Shown one piece after another: positions 1 through 11,952 of a DNA stretch of 64,000 nt. This DNA is from an uncultured Clostridium sp. (GTDB taxonomy: Bacteria; Bacillota; Clostridia; TANB77; CAG-508). The stretch is from assembly GCA_947384775.1 (NCBI GenBank), contig CANDIF010000001.1:121976-185975 (forward strand), given 5' to 3'. Below the pieces are notes generated by a model that saw only the letters and a list, made by a program, of their open reading frames with translations, ran no database searches and was not told the origin of the DNA. Each line of letters begins with the position of its first letter. Position 1 is the stretch's first letter. Made by a program: the position numbers and the translations under genes.

Positions 1-108
1 AAACATATCTTCTATCCATATATGTGTAATATATTTGATAACCATCATTTAGTTCCTTCCATAATCTTTCAAAAGTATAATCTTCCATTTATTTTTATCC
101 TTCCGATA

Positions 109-2100
<1,992 letters not shown>

Positions 2101-2751
2101 TTATTCAAATAATTCTTTACAACCTTTTAAGTAGTTTACTCCAGAAAATACTGCAGCTATTGTTGATATTACCATAAATGAAGATGCCAATATGTTAATT
2201 ACTAATTCATATCCTGTTAATCCTTCTGAAACAAATGCAAAGAATGCATGTAAATCAATAAATGTTAAGATTATTGCAATCATTTGTGTAACAGTTTTAA
2301 TTTTCCCCCAAATATTTGCTGCAATTACTTTTCCACCTTTTTCTACAGCAATCAATCTATATCCAGATACTACGAATTCTCTTGTTAATACTATGATTGG
2401 AATCCATGCGGGTATTTTGCTCATTTCTACTAACATAAGCATTGCAGATAACACTAAAATTTTATCTGCAAGAGGGTCTGCAAATTTTCCAAATGTAGTA
2501 ACTAAATTATGCTTTCTTGCTATTTTACCATCTAAATGGTCTGTATATGACGCCACTGCGAATATTGCAATTATGATTAAGTTTTGAATTGGAATATTCC
2601 ACAATGTTCCTTGTATTCCTAAAAAAGGTATTATAACCATTATCGGTACTAAGATTATTCTAAATATTGTAAGTTTATTTGGTAAGTTCATAATAAACAC
2701 TCCTATCAAATTATTTTTTACTATTATATATAATTTATTGAAATAAAACAA
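2101..2751 (-). CDS. pgsA: CDP-diacylglycerol--glycerol-3-phosphate 3-phosphatidyltransferase (CDP-alcohol phosphatidyltransferase family)
   Basis: 216 aa multi-TM protein with the D-x2-DG-x2-AR ... D-x3-D motif (DHLDGKIARK...DPLADK). Confidence 0.8.
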   Translation of the reverse strand: MFYFNKLYIIVKNNLIGVFIMNLPNKLTIFRIILVPIMVIIPFLGIQGTLWNIPIQNLIIIAIFAVASYTDHLDGKIARKHNLVTTFGKFADPLADKILVLSAMLMLVEMSKIPAWIPIIVLTREFVVSGYRLIAVEKGGKVIAANIWGKIKTVTQMIAIILTFIDLHAFFAFVSEGLTGYELVINILASSFMVISTIAAVFSGVNYLKGCKELFE

Positions 2752-2809
2752 TGGGTATTTAGAAAATTTTTGAAAAGGAAATGATTCCTTATTAGTAATA
2801 CAACAAATA

Positions 2810-2842
2810 GAAAGTATTGTAGAATAACTACAATACTTTCTA
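2810..2842. terminator. Perfect 14-bp-stem hairpin flanked by T/A runs; candidate bidirectional terminator
   Basis: agaaagtattgtag-aataa-ctacaatactttct lies just 3' of the minus-strand surface-hydrolase gene. Confidence 0.5.
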
Positions 2843-2910
2843 TAAATTTTTCTTAGTTCACTTTTAAATTAACTGTCTATTCTAGATAGTTTTTATATTA
2901 TGATATTTGT

Positions 2911-5724
2911 TTAAGGTTTTACGCTAAGGTTAGGTTGTAATGTATACCTTCCGTTGCTGCGATTTGCTGATGAAATACTATTTAATGTAGCATTATCATT
3001 GAAGTGCCACCATTCTGATTGTAGTCCTATTAATCCTGCACTAGTACAATATCTTTCTAACTTCTTTGCGTTATCATTCATAGTTGCTGCATATCTGTAT
3101 GAAGTTGCTGTTGTATATCTTGCTGCTGCAACACTTAATTCATGCATTGCTGTTGGCATCTGTACTTCTGAACTACTTGTAACTACTGTATATTTATAAT
3201 CTCCTGTTACCTTTGTTTGTGTTTCATTAACTTTTACTAGTGTAACATCTATTGCTATACCTTGTTGATGGTTTGATGTTCCTGTACTTATGAACCATCC
3301 TAGTTTCCATCCATTTACTTTAATTCCATTAGCTACTGCTGTATTATTTGCCATTAGATTAGTTAACGAACTTGCTATTGCTGTTTGTGTATCATATGGT
3401 CTAAAAGATTCATAAATTTTTAGAGAATATCCTTCTGCTAATGCTGCCTTTTGTGCCTTTGCTATTTTAACTGCCATTCCGAATAATACTGGCATATCAT
3501 ATTGGTAACAACCAAGTCTTGTATTATTGTTATACACATTATATAATTTATTTCCAGTAATATTAGGTAGATCTACACCTGATGATTTGAAAATACTTGA
3601 TGCACTGTTACTATCATAATAAACTATACTTGGAATTACATCTGGTAAATTCAATAAGACATATGGTGCATATACATATCCTGTACTTCCATCTCTGAAC
3701 ATTACTTTTAGCCAATTACTATTTTGTTCTATTATTGTAAAACTTGTTCCTGGATTTACTGTACCAAGTAATCTACTACTTGATGTGGCATTTTCACGAA
3801 TATTTAATTTTATTGAAGCCCATCCTGTTGCTCCTTTTAAAGGAAGCTCATATATTCCATTGTAAAAATCCACTGATGAGCTTGTATTATTTTTTGTTGT
3901 AAATCTTACTGGATTTGTATTATATTCTCCTGCCACTCCTCCATTAAGTGCTTTAACATTTACACAATATGCACTTCCAGGTATCAATCCTGTTATTTCT
4001 ACATATGTTCCTGTTACTACTTTTGAATATCCTTGTGTTTGATTTTCTAATCTATAATATACTTGATATTGTGTTGCACCTGATACTCTATTCCAACTTA
4101 TTTTTGCTGATTTATCTTTTATCTCTGTTACATTTAATCCTGTTACTTTAGCTATTGATGGTGTTGTTGGGTTACTTGGAGACGTTGTTGAATTTGTTTT
4201 GAAGCTTTTTTCGTCTGAATATGCTCCTGTTGTCGTTCCTATACATGCTCTTACTTTTATTCTATATGTTGTTCCAGCTTGTAATCCTGTTAATGTTGCT
4301 CTATTTCCTGTAATTTTTCCTATTGGGTTACCGTTTATAGCAATCTCATATTGTGTCGCTCCTGATACTGTATTCCAACTTATATTTGCACTATTTATTG
4401 ATGGTGTTACATTTAATCCTGTTACTTTAGCTACTGTTGGTGTTGTTGGGTTACTTGGAACTGTTGTTGCATTTGTTTTGAAACTTTTTTCATCTGAATA
4501 TGCTCCTTGTGTTGTTCCTTTATATGCTCTTACTTTTACTTTATATGTTGTTCCTGCATTTAATCCTGATATATATTTTGACGTTGTTCTAACTTTTGGT
4601 TGTGGTACATATCCTATTCCTGGTATATATATTGATACCTCATATTCTGTAGCATTTGATACTGCATTCCAACTTACTGTTACTGTATTTGATGTTGCTA
4701 CTGTTTTTACATTCATTACTTTTCCTGGTGTTACTCCTGATGAACTTGAGCCAGTTGTTGTAAATCTTATTTCTGATGAATAATCTCCAACTCCTCTGCT
4801 ATTACATGCTGCTATTTTTAAATAATATGTTACTCCTGGTTGTAAATTGTTAATTTGTAAATTTGTTGATTTAATTCTTCCTATAACTTTATAGCTTGTG
4901 TTTGCTGTTCTTAATGCTATTTCATATTCTGTTGCTCCTGATACCGCATTATATCTGAAAGTTGCTGTATTTGAATTTACTGTTACTGTTCTTAAATTTG
5001 TTACTTTTGTTGGTCTTGAACTACTTGATGAACCTCCTCCACTTGAAGAGCTTCTTGGTGTTCTAAAATTTACTTCTGCAGATTCTGCTGCATCTCCTCT
5101 ACTATTAAATGCTATTATTTTTGCTCTATAATTTAATCCATTTTCATTTCCTGTTACTGATGTAAATCCTGTTACTGTTGCTGTTGTTCCTGTTACATTT
5201 TGTACATATGTATATCCCATTCCTGGTATATATACATATACTTTATATCCTGTTGCTCCACTTGATCTATTCCATGTAAGTGTTACTGCATCGTTCGTTA
5301 CTCTTGTTGTACGTAATCCTGTTACTCTTGCTGGTTTTGAACTACTTGATGAGCTTCCACCACTTGAAGAGCTATTTGATGTTCTAAATGATACTTCTGT
5401 TGAATATTGTCCGCTACTTGAACCACTTATTGCTCTTACTTTTACTTTATATGTTTCTCCTTTATCTAATCCTGATATATATTTAGATGTTGTCTTAACT
5501 CTTGGTTGTGGTACATACCCTATTCCTGGAATATATATTGACACTTCATATTCTTTTGCATTAGTAACTTTATTCCATGTTACTGTTACTGCATTTGCCG
5601 TTGGTTTTGCTTTTACATTTGTTACTCTATTTAGTGTTACTGCTAAAACTTGTGTTCCTGCTAGCAATAAAATTATGATAACTAATATCGAAAGTCTTGA
5701 ATATATCTTTCTATTTTTCATCAT
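2911..5724 (-). CDS. Secreted multidomain cell-wall hydrolase: signal peptide, six fibronectin type III-like repeats with Ser/Gly linkers, SH3b domain, C-terminal M15 (VanY/L-Ala-D-Glu peptidase-like) Zn-peptidase
   Basis: N-terminal hydrophobic signal. Repeated ~90-aa units (YEVSIYIPGIGYVPQP...YKVKVRA). SH3b-like GWASIKL...GYVYAPYV. M15 signatures SNHQQGIAIDV (H-x6-D) and EWWHF (E-x2-H). Confidence 0.7.
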   Translation of the reverse strand: MMKNRKIYSRLSILVIIILLLAGTQVLAVTLNRVTNVKAKPTANAVTVTWNKVTNAKEYEVSIYIPGIGYVPQPRVKTTSKYISGLDKGETYKVKVRAISGSSSGQYSTEVSFRTSNSSSSGGSSSSSSKPARVTGLRTTRVTNDAVTLTWNRSSGATGYKVYVYIPGMGYTYVQNVTGTTATVTGFTSVTGNENGLNYRAKIIAFNSRGDAAESAEVNFRTPRSSSSGGGSSSSSRPTKVTNLRTVTVNSNTATFRYNAVSGATEYEIALRTANTSYKVIGRIKSTNLQINNLQPGVTYYLKIAACNSRGVGDYSSEIRFTTTGSSSSGVTPGKVMNVKTVATSNTVTVSWNAVSNATEYEVSIYIPGIGYVPQPKVRTTSKYISGLNAGTTYKVKVRAYKGTTQGAYSDEKSFKTNATTVPSNPTTPTVAKVTGLNVTPSINSANISWNTVSGATQYEIAINGNPIGKITGNRATLTGLQAGTTYRIKVRACIGTTTGAYSDEKSFKTNSTTSPSNPTTPSIAKVTGLNVTEIKDKSAKISWNRVSGATQYQVYYRLENQTQGYSKVVTGTYVEITGLIPGSAYCVNVKALNGGVAGEYNTNPVRFTTKNNTSSSVDFYNGIYELPLKGATGWASIKLNIRENATSSSRLLGTVNPGTSFTIIEQNSNWLKVMFRDGSTGYVYAPYVLLNLPDVIPSIVYYDSNSASSIFKSSGVDLPNITGNKLYNVYNNNTRLGCYQYDMPVLFGMAVKIAKAQKAALAEGYSLKIYESFRPYDTQTAIASSLTNLMANNTAVANGIKVNGWKLGWFISTGTSNHQQGIAIDVTLVKVNETQTKVTGDYKYTVVTSSSEVQMPTAMHELSVAAARYTTATSYRYAATMNDNAKKLERYCTSAGLIGLQSEWWHFNDNATLNSISSANRSNGRYTLQPNLSVKP

Positions 5725-6078
5725 AAAATCACCTCTTCTTTTCTACTTTTGTAAAATATTAATAGCGAAAAACAAAAACATATTTTTTTGTTTTTTATAT
5801 TGACATTTTTATTTTATTAGTGTAAAATATATAGTTTTACATAAATTAATTATATCATCTATGAATTTTCTTGTCAATTTTTTACAGCTTGTTTGGAAGT
5901 ATCGTAAATTTAATCTTTTTTTGCTTTACCTAAATTATTTTATTAACTTTTATTTCTTTCAAAGCTATTTCAAGTATAATTATTGTAATTGTTATTCTTC
6001 ATGTTTCAAAACTTATTTCTAGATATTGCAAAATCTTTCAAAATATAGTAAAATACTAAGTTAAAGGAGTGGATAGAT

Positions 6079-7365
6079 ATGATAGATATCAAATTAATTA
6101 GAGAAAATCCTGATTTAGTAAAAGAAAATATTAAAAAGAAATTTCAGGATCACAAACTAGAATTAGTGGATAAGGTTTTAGAATTAGATAAGAAAAACCG
6201 TGAAGTTAAATTAAAAGGAGACGAATTACGTTCTAGTAGAAACTCCTTAAGTTCTCAAATTGGTAATTTAATGAAATCTGGTAACCGTGAAGAAGCGGAA
6301 AAGATAAAAGCTGAAGTAAATGAAATAAATGCACAATTAGTAGATAATGAAAAATCTGAGGAAGAATTAGCAAATGAAATTAAAAACATTATGATGAAAA
6401 TTCCAAATATTATTGACGACTCTGTTCCTCTTGGAAAAGATGATAGTGAAAATGTTGAAGTAAAAAAATATGGAGAACCTGTTGTTCCAGATTATGAAAT
6501 TCCATACCATACAGATATAATGGAAAAACTTGCTGGCATAGATTTAGATTCTGCTCGTAGAGTTGCAGGAAATGGTTTTTATTATTTGGTTGGAGATGTT
6601 GCACGTTTACACTCTGCTGTTATTAGTTATGCAAGAGATTTTATGATAAATAAAGGATTTACTTATTGTATTCCTCCATTCATGATAAGAAGCGACGTTG
6701 TAACAGGTGTTATGAGCTTTGAAGAAATGGATGCAATGATGTATAAAATTGAAGGCGAAGATTTATATTTAATTGGGACAAGTGAACACTCTATGATTGG
6801 TAAATTTAAAGACCAAATATTAAAAAAAGCTGATTTACCATACACTATGACTTCTTATTCTCCATGCTTTAGAAAAGAAAAAGGTGCTCATGGTGTTGAA
6901 GAACGTGGAGTTTATAGAATACATCAATTTGAAAAACAAGAAATGATAGTAGTATGTGAACCTGAAGAAAGTTACGAATGGTATGATAAAATGTGGAGCT
7001 ATACAGTTGAACTATTTAGAAGTTTAGATATACCTGTTCGTACTCTTGAATGTTGTTCTGGAGACTTAGCAGATTTAAAAGCAAAATCTTGCGATGTTGA
7101 AGCATGGTCTCCTCGTCAAAAGAAATACTTTGAAGTTGGTAGTTGCTCTAATTTAACAGATGCTCAAAGTAGACGTTTAGGAATACGTGTTAAAGGTGAA
7201 AAAGGAAATTATTTTGCACATACATTAAATAATACAGTTGTTGCTCCTCCTCGTATGTTGATAGCATTCTTAGAGAATAATTATAATCCAGATGGAAGTA
7301 TTAATATTCCTGAAGTGTTACAACCTTATATGGGTGGAATAAGTGTGCTTCGCGCTAGTGAATAG
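6079..7365 (+). CDS. serS: Seryl-tRNA synthetase
   Basis: 428 aa; N-terminal coiled-coil arm plus class II aaRS core. Confidence 0.95.
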   Translation: MIDIKLIRENPDLVKENIKKKFQDHKLELVDKVLELDKKNREVKLKGDELRSSRNSLSSQIGNLMKSGNREEAEKIKAEVNEINAQLVDNEKSEEELANEIKNIMMKIPNIIDDSVPLGKDDSENVEVKKYGEPVVPDYEIPYHTDIMEKLAGIDLDSARRVAGNGFYYLVGDVARLHSAVISYARDFMINKGFTYCIPPFMIRSDVVTGVMSFEEMDAMMYKIEGEDLYLIGTSEHSMIGKFKDQILKKADLPYTMTSYSPCFRKEKGAHGVEERGVYRIHQFEKQEMIVVCEPEESYEWYDKMWSYTVELFRSLDIPVRTLECCSGDLADLKAKSCDVEAWSPRQKKYFEVGSCSNLTDAQSRRLGIRVKGEKGNYFAHTLNNTVVAPPRMLIAFLENNYNPDGSINIPEVLQPYMGGISVLRASE

Positions 7366-7402
7366 TTAATAGTGAATGGTGAATAATGAATAATTAAACA
7401 AG

Positions 7403-7432
7403 TAGGGGTCGCGTCCTCGGCGACCCTATTTT
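7403..7432 (+). terminator. Rho-independent terminator after serS
   Basis: GC-rich stem gggtcgcg-tcct-cggcgaccc followed by TATTTT. Confidence 0.6.
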
Positions 7433-7457
7433 ATGTGATAGAGAAAGGGAATTTATT

Positions 7458-8042
7458 ATGATTATTAAAAATCCAAGAATTGAAGTATCTGCTGTAAGTG
7501 AGAAACAATATCCAAAAACAGATGTGCCTGAAATAGTATTGGTTGGAAAATCTAATGTAGGTAAATCTTCTTTTATAAATACTATGATAAATAGAAAGAA
7601 CCTAGCTAGAACTAGTAGTGAACCAGGAAAAACTAGACAAATTAACTTTTATAATATGGATAACAACTTTTACTTTGTAGATTTACCTGGATATGGTTAT
7701 AGTAAAATGTCTAAAGAAGAACAAGTTAAAGTTGGAGAGTTTATAGAACATTATTTACAAACAAGAAAGCAAATTGCTTTAATAATCTTTTTAATAGATA
7801 TACGTCACTCCCCTACTTCTAATGATATTATGATGTATGATTATATTATAAATACAGGATTTCCTTGCTTAATCTTAGCAAATAAAGCAGACAAACTAGC
7901 ACCAACAAAGGTTGAAAAAGCAGTAATCGATTTACAAAATGAATTAAACCCATTGAAAGATTTAAAGTTTCTTCCATTCTCTGCTGAAAAAAAGATTTAT
8001 ACAGAAGCGGTTTGGAAAGAAATTGAAGAAAAATTGAAATAA
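7458..8042 (+). CDS. engB: Ribosome biogenesis GTP-binding protein EngB/YsxC
   Basis: 194 aa; G1 GKSNVGKSS, G3 DLPGYG, NKADK G4 motif. Confidence 0.88.
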   Translation: MIIKNPRIEVSAVSEKQYPKTDVPEIVLVGKSNVGKSSFINTMINRKNLARTSSEPGKTRQINFYNMDNNFYFVDLPGYGYSKMSKEEQVKVGEFIEHYLQTRKQIALIIFLIDIRHSPTSNDIMMYDYIINTGFPCLILANKADKLAPTKVEKAVIDLQNELNPLKDLKFLPFSAEKKIYTEAVWKEIEEKLK

Positions 8043-8077
8043 TAAGCAATTATCGCATAAAAACATAGATAAACGAC

Positions 8078-8112
8078 ACATCGCTCTGTCAAGCAGATGT
8101 GTCGTTTTATTA
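8078..8112. terminator. Bidirectional hairpin terminator between engB and the convergent lipoprotein gene
   Basis: acgacacatcgctctgtcaagcagatgtgtcgtttt. Confidence 0.55.
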
Positions 8113-8123
8113 TTTTCTTTAAA

Positions 8124-8633
8124 TTATTCTTTGCATTTATAAGTTACATTTTCTCTATCTTCTATAATTTCATTTTCTGATACAACTGTAAATGTTCTTG
8201 GTGAATCAGGGAAAACCACTCTTTTATCTCCATATAGTTGTTCTTCATATTGTATTACTAATTTAGAATCTTTAAATGAATATGTCCCATAAAGTTCTTG
8301 CCCGACATTACCATTAGGTGATATTGAAGTACGAGTTATCGTATTATCGCTATGAAAAACTATATAAGCAGATAGTGCAGAAGATATCTCGTCTAATTCG
8401 TATACATATTTAGTATCCATTTTTAAGTTATTTTTAGAATCTGAAACTGCTGGTTCATTTGTTACATTTGATTTGTTTTCCGTATCATTAGAGGTATTTT
8501 TTTCTTCTTTCTTATTCCCACAACCTGTTAATATTATTAGTGATACAATTAAAATTGAAATAAATCCTATTACCAAAACTTTCTTTTTCATTTTTAAATC
8601 CTCCTTATTCTTTCTATTGTTAGATAATATCAT
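8124..8633 (-). CDS. Putative lipoprotein, unknown function
   Basis: 169 aa; signal peptide ending in lipobox LTGC. Confidence 0.55.
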   Translation of the reverse strand: MILSNNRKNKEDLKMKKKVLVIGFISILIVSLIILTGCGNKKEEKNTSNDTENKSNVTNEPAVSDSKNNLKMDTKYVYELDEISSALSAYIVFHSDNTITRTSISPNGNVGQELYGTYSFKDSKLVIQYEEQLYGDKRVVFPDSPRTFTVVSENEIIEDRENVTYKCKE

Positions 8634-8676
8634 ATAGTAAAAAATTTTTCAAGAATAAGTAAATTGCAGTACAAAG

Positions 8677-8700
8677 GAACGACGCGGAGGTCGTTCCCTA
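8677..8700 (-). terminator. Hairpin terminator downstream of clpB
   Basis: ggaacgacg-cgga-ggtcgttcc. Confidence 0.45.
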
Positions 8701-8748
8701 CAACATTTGCAACAAATTTGTTTACAATTTAATCACACAAATATCAAT

Positions 8749-11343
8749 TTATTTTACAATCAATCCCTCATTTTCCAAATCTATTGTAACGTTTTGTTTT
8801 GGAATAATTGCTTGTTCTATAATTTTACGAGCAATTAATGTTTCTAATTCTTTTTGAACAAATCTTTTTAATGGTCTTGCTCCATATATTGCATCATAAC
8901 CATTCTCAATTAAATATTCTTTTGCCTTATCTGTTAATGTAATTAATATTTCTTGCTCCTCTAATCTCCTATTTAAATCAGCTATTAACAATTCTAAAAT
9001 GCTTCCTATTTCATTTTGCGTTAATGGTTTATAGAATATTATTTCGTCTAATCTGTTTAAAAATTCTGGTCTAAAACTTTGTTTTAAAAGTTTGTTTACT
9101 TTATCTTTTGCTTCATCTGATATTTCTCCATTTTTATTAATTCCATCTAAAATATATTCTGATCCTAAATTTGATGTTAAGATTATTATTGTATTTTTAA
9201 AATCTACTGTTCTTCCTTGTGAATCTGTTATTCTTCCGTCATCTAATACTTGTAATAATACATTGAATACATCTGGATGAGCTTTTTCTATTTCGTCAAA
9301 TAATATTACTGAATATGGTTTTCTTCTAACAGCTTCTGTTAATTGTCCTCCTTCTTCATATCCAACATATCCTGGAGGCGCACCAATTAATCTTGATACA
9401 GAGAATTTCTCCATATATTCAGACATATCTATTCTTACTATATTATGTTCATCATCAAATAAGCTTTCTGCTAATGCTTTTGCAAGTTCCGTTTTACCAA
9501 CACCTGTTGGGCCTAAGAACATAAATGAACCAATAGGTCTACGACTATCATGTATTCCTGCCCTTGAACGAATTATTGCATCTGTTACTTTTCCTACAGC
9601 TTCATTTTGACCAATTACTCTTTGGTGTAAAACACTTCCTAAGTTTAATATCTTCTCTCTTTCGCTTTCCATTAATTTTGTTACTGGAATACCTGTCCAT
9701 TTTGCAATAATTTTAGTTATTTCTTCATCTGTTACTTTAGTTCTAAGTAAGCTAGATTCTTTAGATTTTTGAGCTATTTCTTCTTCTACTTTTAGTTGTT
9801 TTTGCAACTCTGGAAGCTTACCATATTTTAGTTCTGCTGCTTTGTTTAATTCATAATTTCTTTCAGCACTTTCTATTTGGCTATTTACTCTTTCTATATC
9901 TTCACGTAGTTTTTGAACTTTAGATATAGCATCTTTTTCATTATCCCATTTAGCTTTCATTTCATTAAACGTACTTTGCATTTCTGCAATTTCTTTTTGA
10001 ATTTCTTCTAATCTTTTTTTAGATTGGTCATCCTTTTCTTTTTTCAATGCTGTTTCTTCTATTTGGTGTTGCATTATTTTACGTGAAATTTCATCTAATT
10101 CTATTGGCATAGATTCCATTTCTGTTTTTATCATACTGCAAGCTTCATCAATAAGGTCTATTGCTTTATCTGGCAAAAATCTATCTGAAATATATCTATG
10201 AGATAAAGTTGCAGCTGTAATAATTGCATTATCACTTATTTCAACTCCGTGATATACCTCATATCTTTCTTTCAATCCTCTTAAAATAGAAATTGTATCT
10301 TCAACTGTTGGTTCATCTACTAAAACATGTTGAAAACGTCTTTCTAATGCTGGGTCTTTTTCTATATATTGTCTATATTCATTTAAAGTTGTAGCACCAA
10401 TACAATGAAGTTCTCCTCGAGCAAGCATTGGTTTTAAAAGATTACCTGCATCCATTGCACCATCAGTTTTTCCAGCACCAACTATTGTGTGAAGTTCGTC
10501 TATAAATAGAATTATTTTTCCTTCACTTTTTTTAATTTCTTGAAGAACTGCTTTCAATCTTTCTTCAAATTCACCTCTATATTTAGCGCCAGCAACCAAT
10601 GCTCCCATATCAAGAGAGAAAATAGTACATTCTTTTAAACCTGCAGGAACATCTCCTCTTACAATTCTTAAAGCTAAACCTTCAGCAATAGCAGTTTTAC
10701 CAACACCTGGTTCACCTATTAAGCATGGATTATTTTTAGTTTTTCTTGAAAGTATTCTAATTACATTTCTTATTTCATTATCTCTTCCTATAACTGGATC
10801 TAATTTTTGTTTTCTAGCCATTTCTACTAAGTCTGTACCATATTTTGCTAAAACATCGTAAGTATCTTCTGGATTATCTGTATTCACTTGTCTATTCCCC
10901 CTTACTTCTGATAATACTTTTAAAAATTTATTTTTTGTAATATCAAATGTTTTAAATAAGTCTTTTAATTTTGAATTTGCTTTATCTATTAATCCTAACA
11001 TTATATGTTCTACTGAAATATATTTATCTTTCATATCTTTTGCAATATTTTCAGCAGTAACTAAAGCCTCATCTGTATCTTTTGAAATATATACATTATC
11101 TATAGGTCTAGAATTATTTGAATGCATTCTTGGTTTATTATCAATTTCTTTTTTTAAAGTATGTTCAAACTCCTCATTTACATTCATTTTCTTTAATAAA
11201 GATTTTATTAAACTATTATCCTGAATAATTAATGAATAAAGTAAATGTTCTTGTTCTATCTGACTATTTTCATTTGATATAGCTAAACTTTGAGCTCCTT
11301 GTATAGCTTCTATTGATTTTTGAGTAAACTTTTGACTATTCAT
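8749..11343 (-). CDS. clpB: ATP-dependent chaperone ClpB
   Basis: 864 aa; Clp N domain, two AAA+ modules (GEPGVGKT, GPTGVGKT) and a long middle coiled coil. Confidence 0.95.
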   Translation of the reverse strand: MNSQKFTQKSIEAIQGAQSLAISNENSQIEQEHLLYSLIIQDNSLIKSLLKKMNVNEEFEHTLKKEIDNKPRMHSNNSRPIDNVYISKDTDEALVTAENIAKDMKDKYISVEHIMLGLIDKANSKLKDLFKTFDITKNKFLKVLSEVRGNRQVNTDNPEDTYDVLAKYGTDLVEMARKQKLDPVIGRDNEIRNVIRILSRKTKNNPCLIGEPGVGKTAIAEGLALRIVRGDVPAGLKECTIFSLDMGALVAGAKYRGEFEERLKAVLQEIKKSEGKIILFIDELHTIVGAGKTDGAMDAGNLLKPMLARGELHCIGATTLNEYRQYIEKDPALERRFQHVLVDEPTVEDTISILRGLKERYEVYHGVEISDNAIITAATLSHRYISDRFLPDKAIDLIDEACSMIKTEMESMPIELDEISRKIMQHQIEETALKKEKDDQSKKRLEEIQKEIAEMQSTFNEMKAKWDNEKDAISKVQKLREDIERVNSQIESAERNYELNKAAELKYGKLPELQKQLKVEEEIAQKSKESSLLRTKVTDEEITKIIAKWTGIPVTKLMESEREKILNLGSVLHQRVIGQNEAVGKVTDAIIRSRAGIHDSRRPIGSFMFLGPTGVGKTELAKALAESLFDDEHNIVRIDMSEYMEKFSVSRLIGAPPGYVGYEEGGQLTEAVRRKPYSVILFDEIEKAHPDVFNVLLQVLDDGRITDSQGRTVDFKNTIIILTSNLGSEYILDGINKNGEISDEAKDKVNKLLKQSFRPEFLNRLDEIIFYKPLTQNEIGSILELLIADLNRRLEEQEILITLTDKAKEYLIENGYDAIYGARPLKRFVQKELETLIARKIIEQAIIPKQNVTIDLENEGLIVK

Positions 11344-11412
11344 ATATATTCCTCCTTTAAAATATCTTATAGTGTTAGATATTTATTTTTTAAAAATGCA
11401 GTTTATCTGCAT

Positions 11413-11832
11413 TTATATATTAAGGCTCTTTTTAATTAGTCTAATTAGTTCTTTGGCATCTTCTTCTCCTAAATTTGATAGTATATCTTCTGCTAATGTA
11501 ATTCCACTTTGGTAGTTTTCTAATATATATTCTTTACCAGATTCTGTTATATATACAATAACTTTTCGCTTATCTATATCATGATTTCTTCTTTGAATAT
11601 ATCTCTTTTTTTCTAAACTATTTAATGCACTTGCTACTCTGCCAGTTGTTACTTGCATATAGTTACATATATCTCCTGCTGTTGCTCCATCTTGTATTTT
11701 ATCTAGATAATACAAAATTGACATTTCTCCTGTAGCGAAGTTTCTAGAATGTTCTTGGAATGGATTTTTAGAAAATTGTGATAGTATATAGAATAATTCA
11801 TCTGCTAAAGAATCATATAACATGATATTCAC
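11413..11832 (-). CDS. MarR family transcriptional regulator
   Basis: 139 aa winged-HTH. Confidence 0.75.
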   Translation of the reverse strand: MNIMLYDSLADELFYILSQFSKNPFQEHSRNFATGEMSILYYLDKIQDGATAGDICNYMQVTTGRVASALNSLEKKRYIQRRNHDIDKRKVIVYITESGKEYILENYQSGITLAEDILSNLGEEDAKELIRLIKKSLNI

Positions 11833-11952
11833 CTCTTTTTATCTTACACTATAAGATATTATATCACCTTTTATTTTTTTGTCAATGTATTTTTATGAAA
11901 TTTTTAATAAAGAAATCACTAAGTAAGTTTTTTACTTAGTGATTTTCATTAT

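Noticed and set aside
4199-4783. 194-aa plus-strand ORF with an internal duplication
   Set aside because: Antisense image of the duplicated FN3 repeats in the minus-strand hydrolase gene.
5725-6078. Possible T-box leader in the 350-bp spacer upstream of serS
   Set aside because: No AATTAGGGTGGNACCGCG T-box motif or specifier/antiterminator architecture visible. The region is just AT-rich promoter spacer shared with the divergent hydrolase gene.
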